DNA of 64,000 nt. Source: a virus (Duplodnaviria > Caudoviricetes). The stretch is taken from positions 1 through 64,000 of the IMG/VR virus record IMGVR_UViG_3300013947_000022. One strand, 5' to 3'. This document shows positions 1-8,932 of this stretch, in pieces (position 1 is the stretch's first letter; each line of letters begins with the position of its first letter). The notes beneath the pieces are model-generated. The model searched no databases. It had not been told where the DNA came from and was given only the letters and a program-made list of their open reading frames with translations. The translations under genes were made by a program, and so were the position numbers.

Positions 1-278
1 ACCCAATTGTATTGAGTTTGAATACCTGTTGAGAGCAAAAAATACCAAGGTTCGCAATCGAACAATTAATGCGCAACAACATTGTAATTTGAAAAGACAA
101 AATTATCTTTTTGAATTAGAGTGCTGTTGACCCCACAGTTTTAACCCCATATATTACTTAGTCCATCATTCAACAGCGCTCAAAAATAAAATTTTACTTT
201 TATTTGTCAAATTTGAGTACATAATTGTTGCAAATGCAACAATTGAATATATTTTTTATAATAAAGGAGATATTTATT

Positions 279-737
279 ATGGCTATTTTTACTCGTATTG
301 CTTCTGATGGTAAGCCCATCGAGATGACTGACCGTACCTTCCCTGATGGTAAGACCAAGCTCTCTATCATTCATCCTACTATGACTCGTGATATTTCCCG
401 TGCTGGTAAGACCGTTGAGGTTCAACCTTGCTGGAAAGTTGAATACGATGAGAACGGTTATGCTGTAAAATGCGCCAACATCGGTGGCAACGTTCCCGCT
501 CCCGCTCGTAATCTTGCTTTCCGCAATGAAAAGGCTGCTGAAGGTTGGAAGGATTGTAATGCTTCTTCCGATGATGGTGCTGAGTTCACTCTCTATGATG
601 GCAAGCAGAACTATGTTGCAAAGGTCAACGTTGTTACTGGTGAGCAGACCCTTAATGCTGGCGACCCCAATAACAAGGAGCTTGTTGCTCTCATGCAGTC
701 CTATGTTGATGCTTTTCTTGCTACTCTTGGCAAGTAA
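279..737 (+). CDS. hypothetical protein (152 aa), possibly virion/tail associated
   Basis: AAGGAG RBS then ATG at 279; codon usage resembles the structural genes; followed by a terminator hairpin. Confidence 0.8.
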   Translation: MAIFTRIASDGKPIEMTDRTFPDGKTKLSIIHPTMTRDISRAGKTVEVQPCWKVEYDENGYAVKCANIGGNVPAPARNLAFRNEKAAEGWKDCNASSDDGAEFTLYDGKQNYVAKVNVVTGEQTLNAGDPNNKELVALMQSYVDAFLATLGK

Positions 738-768
738 TTAATTTAGGGTAATCCAAAGATTAATAAAA

Positions 769-800
769 GGGAGACTCTTGATTGAGTCTCCCTCTGTTTA
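769..800. terminator. intrinsic terminator between convergent genes
   Basis: GGGAGACTC-ttgatt-GAGTCTCCC stem with A-tract before and T-rich tail after. Confidence 0.75.
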
Positions 801-844
801 AGGATTAATAAAAGCATATTGAGTTAATATGTTTTTATGAGTTC

Positions 845-1555
845 TTAAATTTTGATTGTTAATAGATTATTAACAGTTTGTTCATTATTGTTGTCAGAAA
901 TAGGTTCTTTGTTGACAACAATAAAATTCGCAGATTTTTTGTTGCGATTAAAGGGGCGTTTAATACCACAATCATCACAGAATCTTTTCATGGTTGAACG
1001 GTCAACATGGAATAGACGTGCGACTTCAGAATAGGTATTGTCTTGTTCAACAAGAGTGCGGATAACATCCTGATGAGGTAGAAGTTTGTTATTACTATTC
1101 TTACTACCTTTAGGTCTGCCAAGAACTACGCCCTGAGCTTTTCTTTCTTCGAGCGCCGCCTTTGTTCGGGACGAAATAAGAGATTTTTCAATTTCTGCGG
1201 AAAGGCCAAAAGCAAATGCAAGGACTTTGGATTGTAGGTCGTCTCCCAAAGTGAAGTTATCTTTAATTGAACGTACTATAACTCCTTTTTCCATACATAG
1301 GGAAAGAATGTTCATAATCATAAACAAGCTGCGTCCAAGACGGCTGAGTTCGGAGCAGATAATCCAATCGCCTTCTTTGACTTCTTTTAGGAGTAATCCT
1401 AATTTGCGCTTGTCAGGCGCTTTTCCGCCAGATACGGTTTCTTCAATCCAGCCGTCAATTTTAAGACCTTCGCGCTGGCAGAACTGAAGAATTTCAAAAC
1501 GTTGATTTTCAACGGTCTGCTTGTCGGTGGAAACTCGAATGTAACCATAATTCAT
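845..1555 (-). CDS. serine recombinase / DNA invertase (Mpi-like resolvase family)
   Basis: YGYIRVSTDKQTVENQR catalytic Ser motif, ELSRLGR, SKVLAFAFGLSAEIE, LGRPKG and C-terminal HTH; the only convincing minus-strand gene in the window. Confidence 0.9.
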   Translation of the reverse strand: MNYGYIRVSTDKQTVENQRFEILQFCQREGLKIDGWIEETVSGGKAPDKRKLGLLLKEVKEGDWIICSELSRLGRSLFMIMNILSLCMEKGVIVRSIKDNFTLGDDLQSKVLAFAFGLSAEIEKSLISSRTKAALEERKAQGVVLGRPKGSKNSNNKLLPHQDVIRTLVEQDNTYSEVARLFHVDRSTMKRFCDDCGIKRPFNRNKKSANFIVVNKEPISDNNNEQTVNNLLTIKI

Positions 1556-1688
1556 AAGTTAGTATCCTTTCAAGAATAAAAGTTTGGGAGTGGCTAACTG
1601 CTATTATAGTGCAAACCCCACAAAAATTCAAGGAGTTTAGCATAAAAATTATTTTTATTATATAAATGTAAAGGAGATAAGTATAAGT

Positions 1689-2411
1689 ATGTATATTATT
1701 TCTGCAACTGCTAATGGTAGTGGTGGCTATCCTCCTCTTCAGGAGTGGCATTCTCAAACTTGCCCCACTGGTTATTATTTTTATCCCAATGAATATTTTA
1801 GCGTTTTTTATCCTCAAGGTAAGCGTGTTGCTGGCTTTGTAACTTACGAGGCTGATGAGGACACGAAGACTGTCACTTCCGTTACTTGGAATGATGCGGC
1901 TTATGACGCTTATGTTGCCACTCTTCCCGACCCTGTTCTTGCGGCTCGTGAGAATAAGATTGCTGAGATGAGTAAGGCTTGCAATCAGACTATTGAAGCT
2001 GGTGTTGATTGTGAGATTGATGGTAGTGTTAAGCATTATAGTCTAACTTCTAATGACCAAGCTAATATTGCGAATATGTTTAACGCTATCCTTCTTGGTG
2101 CAGATGGTTATCCTTATCACGCAGATGGTGAACAGTGTGCTGAGATGCCTAAAGCTGACATTATTAAGTTGTATACCACGGCTCAAGCTTTTATTACTGC
2201 TCAGGTAACATATAACAATATGCTTAGGGGTATGATTAATGAACTTCCTACCGAGGAAGAGGTTAATGCTATTCAATATGGCGTTGAACTTAATGAGACT
2301 TGGAAGGCTAAGTATGACGCTGAAATGGTTAAGGCTGAGGCTCAGATGCAGAAGATTCTCGCTAATCTTCAGAAGCAAACCACCACTGAAACTACGGAGA
2401 CTGAGGCTTAA
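1689..2411 (+). CDS. tail-fibre-associated protein (DUF4376-like C-terminus)
   Basis: HYSLTSNDQANI...YPYHADGEQC pattern typical of phage fibre accessory/chaperone proteins. Confidence 0.6.
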   Translation: MYIISATANGSGGYPPLQEWHSQTCPTGYYFYPNEYFSVFYPQGKRVAGFVTYEADEDTKTVTSVTWNDAAYDAYVATLPDPVLAARENKIAEMSKACNQTIEAGVDCEIDGSVKHYSLTSNDQANIANMFNAILLGADGYPYHADGEQCAEMPKADIIKLYTTAQAFITAQVTYNNMLRGMINELPTEEEVNAIQYGVELNETWKAKYDAEMVKAEAQMQKILANLQKQTTTETTETEA

Positions 2412-2413
2412 TT

Positions 2414-2908
2414 ATGAATAACAAGTTGAGTAATTGGGTTCTGTCCCTTTTGCTCTGGACTTGGGGTGGAACATTTTACTTCTTTTGCGAAGTTGTGTAT
2501 AAAACATTGACTCATCACCCAGAGAGAATAAGTTGGACTATGTTGGTTCTTGCTTTAATTCTTTGTATCCCTTTAGAGAGATGCGGCGCTGAGTTGGTTT
2601 GGGAAATGCCCATATGGTTATAGTCTATTTGTTGCACACTGGTTATTACTGTTACTGAATTTGTGGCTGGATTAATTTTAAATGTGTGGCTTGGACTTGG
2701 AATATGGGATTATAGTGACTTACCTTTTAATCTAATGGGGTAGGTATGTTTAGAATTTTCTGCTATTTGGTTAGTCTTATCTGTTTTTGGTATTATTATT
2801 TTTGACTGGATGAGATATACTGTTCAAGGTGGAGAAAAGCCTCATTATCATATTGGTATAAATAAATATTGTCAGGTATGCAAGACACGTTTTATAAGTT
2901 TTCAGTAA
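2414..2908 (+). CDS. membrane protein, putative ABC-transporter permease family (DUF1113/CmpB-like); 2 TAG=Gln
   Basis: Read-through of TAG gives ...IWL(Q)...EFVAGLILNVWLGLGIWDYSDLPFNLMG(Q)VCL, matching the family WDYS..PFN..GQIC motif; ends TAA 2906-2908. Confidence 0.8.
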
Positions 2909-2952
2909 CGGCAAACGCGTAAACAAAGCAAGAAAACTTGTAAAGGAGTTAA

Positions 2953-4149
2953 TTGAGGATAATGATGAATACAACGATAAAAACAATTCGAGTGATGTTA
3001 CTCCTAAATAACAAGCAAAAAACTAAATTATTTCAATATGCCGACACTGCTCGTTTTGCTTATAATTGGGCTTTAGAACGAGAACGAGAAAACTATAAAA
3101 ATGGTGGGAAGTTTATTTCGGATGGAGATTTGCGAAAAGAATTTACACAGTTAAAGAGAACAGAGAAATATGCATGGTTAAATGATATTTCAAATAATGT
3201 AACTAAACGGGCAATAAAAGACGCTTGTAATGCTTATAAAAGATTCTTTAGAGGACTTGCAAAGTTTCCTAAATTCAAAAGTAAAAAACGCTCTACACCA
3301 TCATTTTATCAAGATAATGTGAAAGTTCAGTTTACTGATACACACATGAAAGTAGAGGGATTTTCTGTTTCTAAAAAGAAAAACAAACAGAAATTAAACT
3401 GGATAAGATTATCAGAACATAATTATATTCCAACCAATTGCAAATATTATAATCCCCGTATTAAATTTGACGGTATAAATTGGTGGATTACAGTTGGAAT
3501 TGAATATGAAGATATTACCAAGATTCCTTCAAACGAAGGTATTGGAATTGATTTAGGGATAAAAGATTTAGCAATATGTTCTGATGGCAACAAATATCAG
3601 AACATAAATAAAACTCAAAAAGTTAAAAAGATGGAAAAAAGAAAACGCAGGTTACAACGTTCCATATCAAGAAGATATGAGAAAAATAAGAAAGGAGAAA
3701 GTTACTGTAAAACAAGTAACATTATAAAAAGAGAAAAAGAACTTTTAAAAATAAATCACAGATTAACGAATATCCGTCAGAACTATTTACATCAAATAAC
3801 ATCTGAAATCATAAAGCGAGAACCAAGTTTTATTTGTATTGAAGATTTGAATGTATCAGGAATGATGAAGAATAGACATTTATCTAAAGCAATTCAACAA
3901 CAAAAATTTTATGAATTTAGACGACAGATTAAGTATAAATCTGCGTGGAATAATATTCTTGTTATTATTGCAGATAGGTTTTTTCCAAGTTCTAAATTGT
4001 GTAGTTGTTGTGGAACAATCAAAAAAGATTTGAAACTGTCAGACCGTATTTATAAATGTGAATGTGGCAATATGATTGATAGAGATTATCAGGCAGCTTT
4101 AAATTTGAAAATATATGGAGAAAATGTTTTAAAACAATCTGTAGCATAA
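2953..4149 (+). CDS. tnpB: TnpB RNA-guided endonuclease (IS200/605/607)
   Basis: ARFAYNWAL, RuvC GIDLG / IEDL / DRDYQAA, CSCCG-CECG zinc ribbon; catalytic D-E-D intact; no in-frame TAG. Confidence 0.93.
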   Translation: MRIMMNTTIKTIRVMLLLNNKQKTKLFQYADTARFAYNWALERERENYKNGGKFISDGDLRKEFTQLKRTEKYAWLNDISNNVTKRAIKDACNAYKRFFRGLAKFPKFKSKKRSTPSFYQDNVKVQFTDTHMKVEGFSVSKKKNKQKLNWIRLSEHNYIPTNCKYYNPRIKFDGINWWITVGIEYEDITKIPSNEGIGIDLGIKDLAICSDGNKYQNINKTQKVKKMEKRKRRLQRSISRRYEKNKKGESYCKTSNIIKREKELLKINHRLTNIRQNYLHQITSEIIKREPSFICIEDLNVSGMMKNRHLSKAIQQQKFYEFRRQIKYKSAWNNILVIIADRFFPSSKLCSCCGTIKKDLKLSDRIYKCECGNMIDRDYQAALNLKIYGENVLKQSVA

Positions 4150-4319
4150 CACTTTCAAGTTAATACAGATATGTACTGATACGTTAGTCAGGAATTTACG
4201 CCTATAGAGTGTACAAGAACTTGTGAGTAAATATTGTAGAAATACAAATTGAAAGCATACACGATGAAGTAGGAATGAAACATAAAAGTTTACAACTTTT
4301 TATAAGTTTTCAGTAACGG
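4150..4319 (+). ncRNA. probable TnpB omega-RNA scaffold
   Basis: Non-coding region between the tnpB stop and the right end, the canonical omega-RNA position; fold not verified. Confidence 0.6.
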
Positions 4320-4326
4320 GCATTTT

Positions 4327-4542
4327 ATGGATTATATGAGAAAAAGAGTTGCGGCTTTACTTTCTGTTAAAAGTATTGTCACAATTCTAACTACAATCGT
4401 TTTTTGTTACTTAGCAATAGTACAGATTATTTCTGGCGAACAATTTATCGCTATATTTACTACTATTGTTGCTTTCTACTTTGGTACTCAGACTCAAAAG
4501 ATTTCCGATGCGGTAGAAAGAAATAATGCAGGAGAGGAGTGA
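4327..4542 (+). CDS. holin-like two-TM protein
   Basis: Two hydrophobic helices, IVAFYFGTQ motif. Confidence 0.6.
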   Translation: MDYMRKRVAALLSVKSIVTILTTIVFCYLAIVQIISGEQFIAIFTTIVAFYFGTQTQKISDAVERNNAGEE

Positions 4543-4889
4543 TTCCATTGGCTACGGCAACTAAAAAGACCGAAGATAACACCACTGAGATTACAGTTAA
4601 GGTAAAGACTCCCACAATGAAAAAATGGGGCTATGTAAGTTGGATAGTGACTATTCTTGTTAGTCTTGTTACGATTTATTGCTGTGTAATGAATATTGGA
4701 GACACTTCAACTCTGGGAGTTCTTTGCGGCTTATGTTGGGGCGAAACTGGTGTCTATACTGGTTGTTACGCCTATAAGTCTAAAGCCGAAAACAAGCTTA
4801 AGATTACACAAGGTTTCATTGCTGAAACTGCCGATAAATATGGCATCGAGGCCATCACCCCCATTATTCAGACGATTTTGGGAGAATAA
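4539..4889 (+). CDS. membrane protein (lysis-module-like)
   Basis: Two TM segments, YAYKSKAEN motif, overlaps the upstream stop. Confidence 0.55.
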   Translation: MIPLATATKKTEDNTTEITVKVKTPTMKKWGYVSWIVTILVSLVTIYCCVMNIGDTSTLGVLCGLCWGETGVYTGCYAYKSKAENKLKITQGFIAETADKYGIEAITPIIQTILGE

Positions 4890-5034
4890 TACTCTTTCTG
4901 TATAAGAGGGAGAGAGATAAGAACGTTCGTATCTTGTTAGCGACCTTAAAGCCTATCTCCTGCTTTGAGGTCGTTATAGAGGACACGGAATAAAGTTCTC
5001 GACAAATAAAAGTAAAGGGTAAAAGGTAAACTAA

Positions 5035-5436
5035 ATGTTAGTTTATAAAATCATAGGAAATTTTAATCAAGATGAGAGATTGGAGAAGATATTAGACAAG
5101 ATAAAATCGGTTTTTTATTTTGTGTATGCTGATGGTGTACTTTATGTCGCTGTTAGTGAATATTCTAATAAAGATAAGGCTTTAGAAGTTTTGAAAAAGG
5201 TTTTGAAGCCAGCTAAGGATTATTTTACTATTGAAATAACCGAAGATAATCTTGGTAAGGAAGCTCCTTTTTATCTGGACTGGTGTAAAGAGAATCTTAT
5301 TCGTATTGACAGACAGAGATATGAAATTGAAAATCAGAAAAAATTAAAGTTGGCTATGAAAGCTATTGATATATTTGAAGAAAAAATGCAAGAATCTTTG
5401 AAAAAAGATAAAGAAAATGATAGAAAGGAGGAATGA
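5035..5436 (+). CDS. hypothetical protein
   Basis: ORF of 133 aa. Confidence 0.7.
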   Translation: MLVYKIIGNFNQDERLEKILDKIKSVFYFVYADGVLYVAVSEYSNKDKALEVLKKVLKPAKDYFTIEITEDNLGKEAPFYLDWCKENLIRIDRQRYEIENQKKLKLAMKAIDIFEEKMQESLKKDKENDRKEE

Positions 5437-5444
5437 TTTTTCGA

Positions 5445-7433
5445 ATGGATGAAAAGAAGAAAAGAGGAAGACCTAAGAAAAAAGAGCCAGAAATTAGTAT
5501 GGTGGAAAACGAACAGTCTAAATCAATAAATATGAGCGCTTCATAGGCAATAGAAGAAAAAATTACTTTGTCTCAAGTTCAAGAAAGATGGCAAAGAGTT
5601 TTTCAGTCTTATGCTAATTCTGATTTTAAGACTATTGCCGCAAATTGGTCTGGCGCTTGGAGTCAACTCAATAATCCATTTTTGCAAAATGCGAGAATTA
5701 AGCAAATCAATTCTCCTGCTAAGAAGTTAGACCAAGAAGCTGTACAAGAGGCTTTGTCTAATCCTGAAAATAGTGAAATGCCACTTATGCAACTTAGTAT
5801 GTGGTTGTATTACACTAATTATGTATATAATCTGCTAATCAAGTTGAATCGTGATACGCCAAAATATAATTGGTATTATCTTCCGCAATATGTTAAAGAA
5901 GCTGATTTAAAGAAAGACGATTTCAAAAAAGAGGCTGAAATGGTTGATAAGGCTATAAAGTCTTTTGAACCTAACTTAACTTGGAAGACTGTTACGACTC
6001 AAGTTAGCCTTGAAGGTAAAAGTAGTTATCTTACAAGATTGAGTTATGATAAAGATTCTGTTGATTTTTGGAGTCTGCAAAAACTTAATACAGATATGGT
6101 TAAAATGACTGGATTTGGTAGCAGACAAAAATTTATTGCAAGTTTCAATATGATGATTTTTCTTCAACCTGCTTATAGTGTTGACCAGTATCCTCAATTT
6201 ATTAGAGATACTTGGGCTGAAATGATTGAGGGTGGAATCATTATCGAAGACAAAAAAGGCAATAAAAAAGTTAATCCGAGAGCAAGATTGCCTCGTGGTG
6301 GTATTCTTGAGAGTAAGGGAGACGCTTATTTCTATTGGGTTCAACTTCCTCAAGATTTGTGTTATACGTTCTATAGTGATGGTGCTCATCCTAATATGTT
6401 GCCTGATGCTATCGGCTTGTTTAATGATTTGAATGAGCTTGATGATTATCGTTGGTTACAGGCTAATTTGTTGAGTAAGGGCGTTACGAGTGTGCTTACA
6501 GCGTCCGTGCCGCTCGTTAAGGACCCATCGGCGCGGAAAGATTCTACTGCTATTAGTGCGGACACAGTTATGGGATTTAGTGATTTGTTTACAAACACTG
6601 TTTCCAGTAATATTATGCCATTTTTCGCCCCCTTCACAAACTACGAATTACACTCCTTAGATAATCAGCCTGAGAATATGGACATTATTTATGACCGCAC
6701 TCGTGATTTGATTGCTACTTCTGGCAACTCTGCGCTTATGAGTATTACAGATAAACCAAGCATTGCATCAGTTAAAGCTGCTCAATATATTCAAGAATCT
6801 CGTGTTGATTATATGGTTCGTCAGTATGAGAGCTATATGAATTATATTATTAATAATACTCTTGGACTAAAGTATAAGTGGAAGATTAGTCTTTGGGGTG
6901 GAATTTTCACTCACAATGAGGAAACTAAACAGCTTAAAGAAATGGTGTTCTCTGGCGTTGAAGGTATGTTCCCTAAACTCCTTTCGGCTATGGGAATGAG
7001 TGTTCTTGATTATTCTGCTTCTACGGCTTGGATGAAAGAGCTTGATATTAAAGTTGAAAAAGTTCTCGCCCAAGAAAATGTAGAAGAAGCTAACAGACTT
7101 GCTTTAAAAACTGCTTCTGCAAATAAAACTTCTACAGCAAATACAACTACCACATCTTCAGAAGAAAAGGTGACTTCTAAAGATAATGTTGGAAGACCTA
7201 AGCTGGATGAAGATGAAATTACAAATGATGCCACAGCTACTTCTATAGATAATGGAACAAATGTTTCAGACATTAAAGAGTTTACTGTAGCTAAATGTAT
7301 TATTTGTGGCAAAGAGCTTGATTACGGAGAAGAAGGCATCTGTGACGAATGCCTTGAAGAAAAATATGATGAGCGCATTCGTGAAGTAATGGGTGTTAAA
7401 GGCGAACAAGACAAAGAGGGTAAACAAGAATGA
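5445..7433 (+). CDS. putative portal protein (662 aa; TAG at codon 34)
   Basis: RBS AAGGAGG, ATG 5445 in frame through TAG 5544; size, C-terminal GRPKLDEDE tail and position upstream of protease/capsid. Confidence 0.7.
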
Positions 7434-7624
7434 AAGATATAAGAAAAATGGTGGTAGAAAATAAGAGTGAATGCGTTCATGACTTAAATCGTGAAGACAA
7501 TACCCTTAAAATTCTACCTAAAAGGATTATGACTGTTCCACCGACGTTGATTTGTGTATGTAAATTTTGTAATCAAGGATTTAAGTTTGTGCAAAACAAT
7601 GACGGTTTATATAGTGAAGAGTAA
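7430..7624 (+). CDS. small Cys/His zinc-ribbon protein
   Basis: CVH...CKFC; ATGA overlap with portal stop. Confidence 0.6.
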   Translation: MKDIRKMVVENKSECVHDLNREDNTLKILPKRIMTVPPTLICVCKFCNQGFKFVQNNDGLYSEE

Positions 7625-7630
7625 ACAGAA

Positions 7631-8170
7631 ATGCAGGAAAGGAGTATTGTCATGGTAAAAAATAGTTTTACCCCAGAGGTAAAAGACCTATGCAATAGCT
7701 TATTAACCGCATTTTTTCAGATGAACCAAGATTGTGATAATATTGCTTATGCTTTGGATAGTTATCTTAATTGTCCAAAAGCATCGGAAGTTTATCATCA
7801 AAAGTTTGCTCATGTCTGGCCTTCAGACACTTTCGCAGACCATTGGAGTTCTGTTCTTGTAAAAGAAGGAATTATCCCTCGTCGCGGACCACAAAATGTT
7901 GAAGACGGTGAGTATGCTAATATTGCAGATATTTTTGAGACTAATTATACTAATGTAAGTGACCTTAAGGAAAAAATCCTTGGTGCTATTGAGGTGCTTG
8001 ATTACGAAAAAAACTGCAAGGTTCTCGTGATTGAACTTGAAGATATGGCAACTAAAATTAGCGCTTATGTCCATCAAAGTGACATTTGGCGTGAAAAGGC
8101 TAATGCTTATCTAAAAGCCAATCGTGATTTTGAATTCGACATTGATTTCGAAGAGTTTACTGTGATTTAA
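7631..8170 (+). CDS. hypothetical protein, possibly ferritin-like helical
   Basis: ORF of 179 aa, helical with His/Asp spacing; product tentative. Confidence 0.55.
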   Translation: MQERSIVMVKNSFTPEVKDLCNSLLTAFFQMNQDCDNIAYALDSYLNCPKASEVYHQKFAHVWPSDTFADHWSSVLVKEGIIPRRGPQNVEDGEYANIADIFETNYTNVSDLKEKILGAIEVLDYEKNCKVLVIELEDMATKISAYVHQSDIWREKANAYLKANRDFEFDIDFEEFTVI

Positions 8171-8207
8171 TATTTGGGACGATTATTAGGGGAAGGAGGA
8201 GATTAGC

Positions 8208-8798
8208 TTGGATTTACTTCAGTTGAAGGATTTACTTTCCAACAGTGGTTGGGGTTTAATCATACTTCTCACTTTAATTCAAATCGCTCCCATTAAAATC
8301 AATCCTTGGGGCGCTCTGCTTAAGTTTTTAGGCAAAGCCATGAATGCCGAATTAAATGAGAAAATGGATGGTTTTAAAGGAGATTTACAGGGAATTAAAA
8401 AGGATGTCGCTACTCTGCAAACAGATGTAACTTCACTTAAAGATGATGTCACCACATTAAAATCAGATGTCGTTACTATGAAAAATGACATTAATGGAGT
8501 AGGTGGAAAAGTTGATAAGTTAAGATATACTGTTGACGAGAATGAAGCGAAACAAGCAAGGGTTAGAATTTTGAGATTTAGTGATGAGATATTAAATAAT
8601 ATTCCTCATGGTGATGAGCATTATGCAGAAATATTGCGTTGTTGTGACAGCTATGAAGAATATTGTATGGCACATCCTACTTTTAAAAATAGTGTTGCTG
8701 TTAATAGTATTGATGAAATAAAGAAATCATATGAAGAGCATCGACAAAAGCGTTCCTTTCTTGAACAAAATTCTCTTAATAATCAAAAAGAAAACTAA
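8208..8798 (+). CDS. membrane-anchored coiled-coil phage protein
   Basis: N-terminal TM (LIQIAPIKINPW), heptad repeats (L/MKxDVxx), RILRFSDEI...YEEYC C-terminus common in Firmicutes phages. Confidence 0.7.
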   Translation: MDLLQLKDLLSNSGWGLIILLTLIQIAPIKINPWGALLKFLGKAMNAELNEKMDGFKGDLQGIKKDVATLQTDVTSLKDDVTTLKSDVVTMKNDINGVGGKVDKLRYTVDENEAKQARVRILRFSDEILNNIPHGDEHYAEILRCCDSYEEYCMAHPTFKNSVAVNSIDEIKKSYEEHRQKRSFLEQNSLNNQKEN

Positions 8799-8932
8799 AT
8801 AGGTGAAAAATAATTTAAAAAAGCATACCTAACTCATAATAAAAATAATTCCTGAGATGGAAATTTATTACGGAAGGTGAGTGAACGTGATAAAAGGTGA
8901 GTTTTATTTTTTGAGGAAAGGAGGAAAAGTTA

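Larger units (their letters stand above)
2890..4319 (+). mobile_element. IS607-family element remnant: right-end copy, tnpA 3' stub, tnpB, omega-RNA/right end
   Basis: 22-bp direct repeat TTTTATAAGTTTTCAGTAACGG at 2890-2911 and 4298-4319; GKRVNKARKLVKELIE tnpA C-terminal stub immediately before tnpB. Confidence 0.75.

Noticed and set aside
845-1555. Serine recombinase as the TnpA of the nearby TnpB element
   Set aside because: It has a C-terminal HTH resolvase/invertase layout, not the N-terminal MerR-HTH of IS607 TnpA, and a separate tnpA stub exists at ~2910-2960
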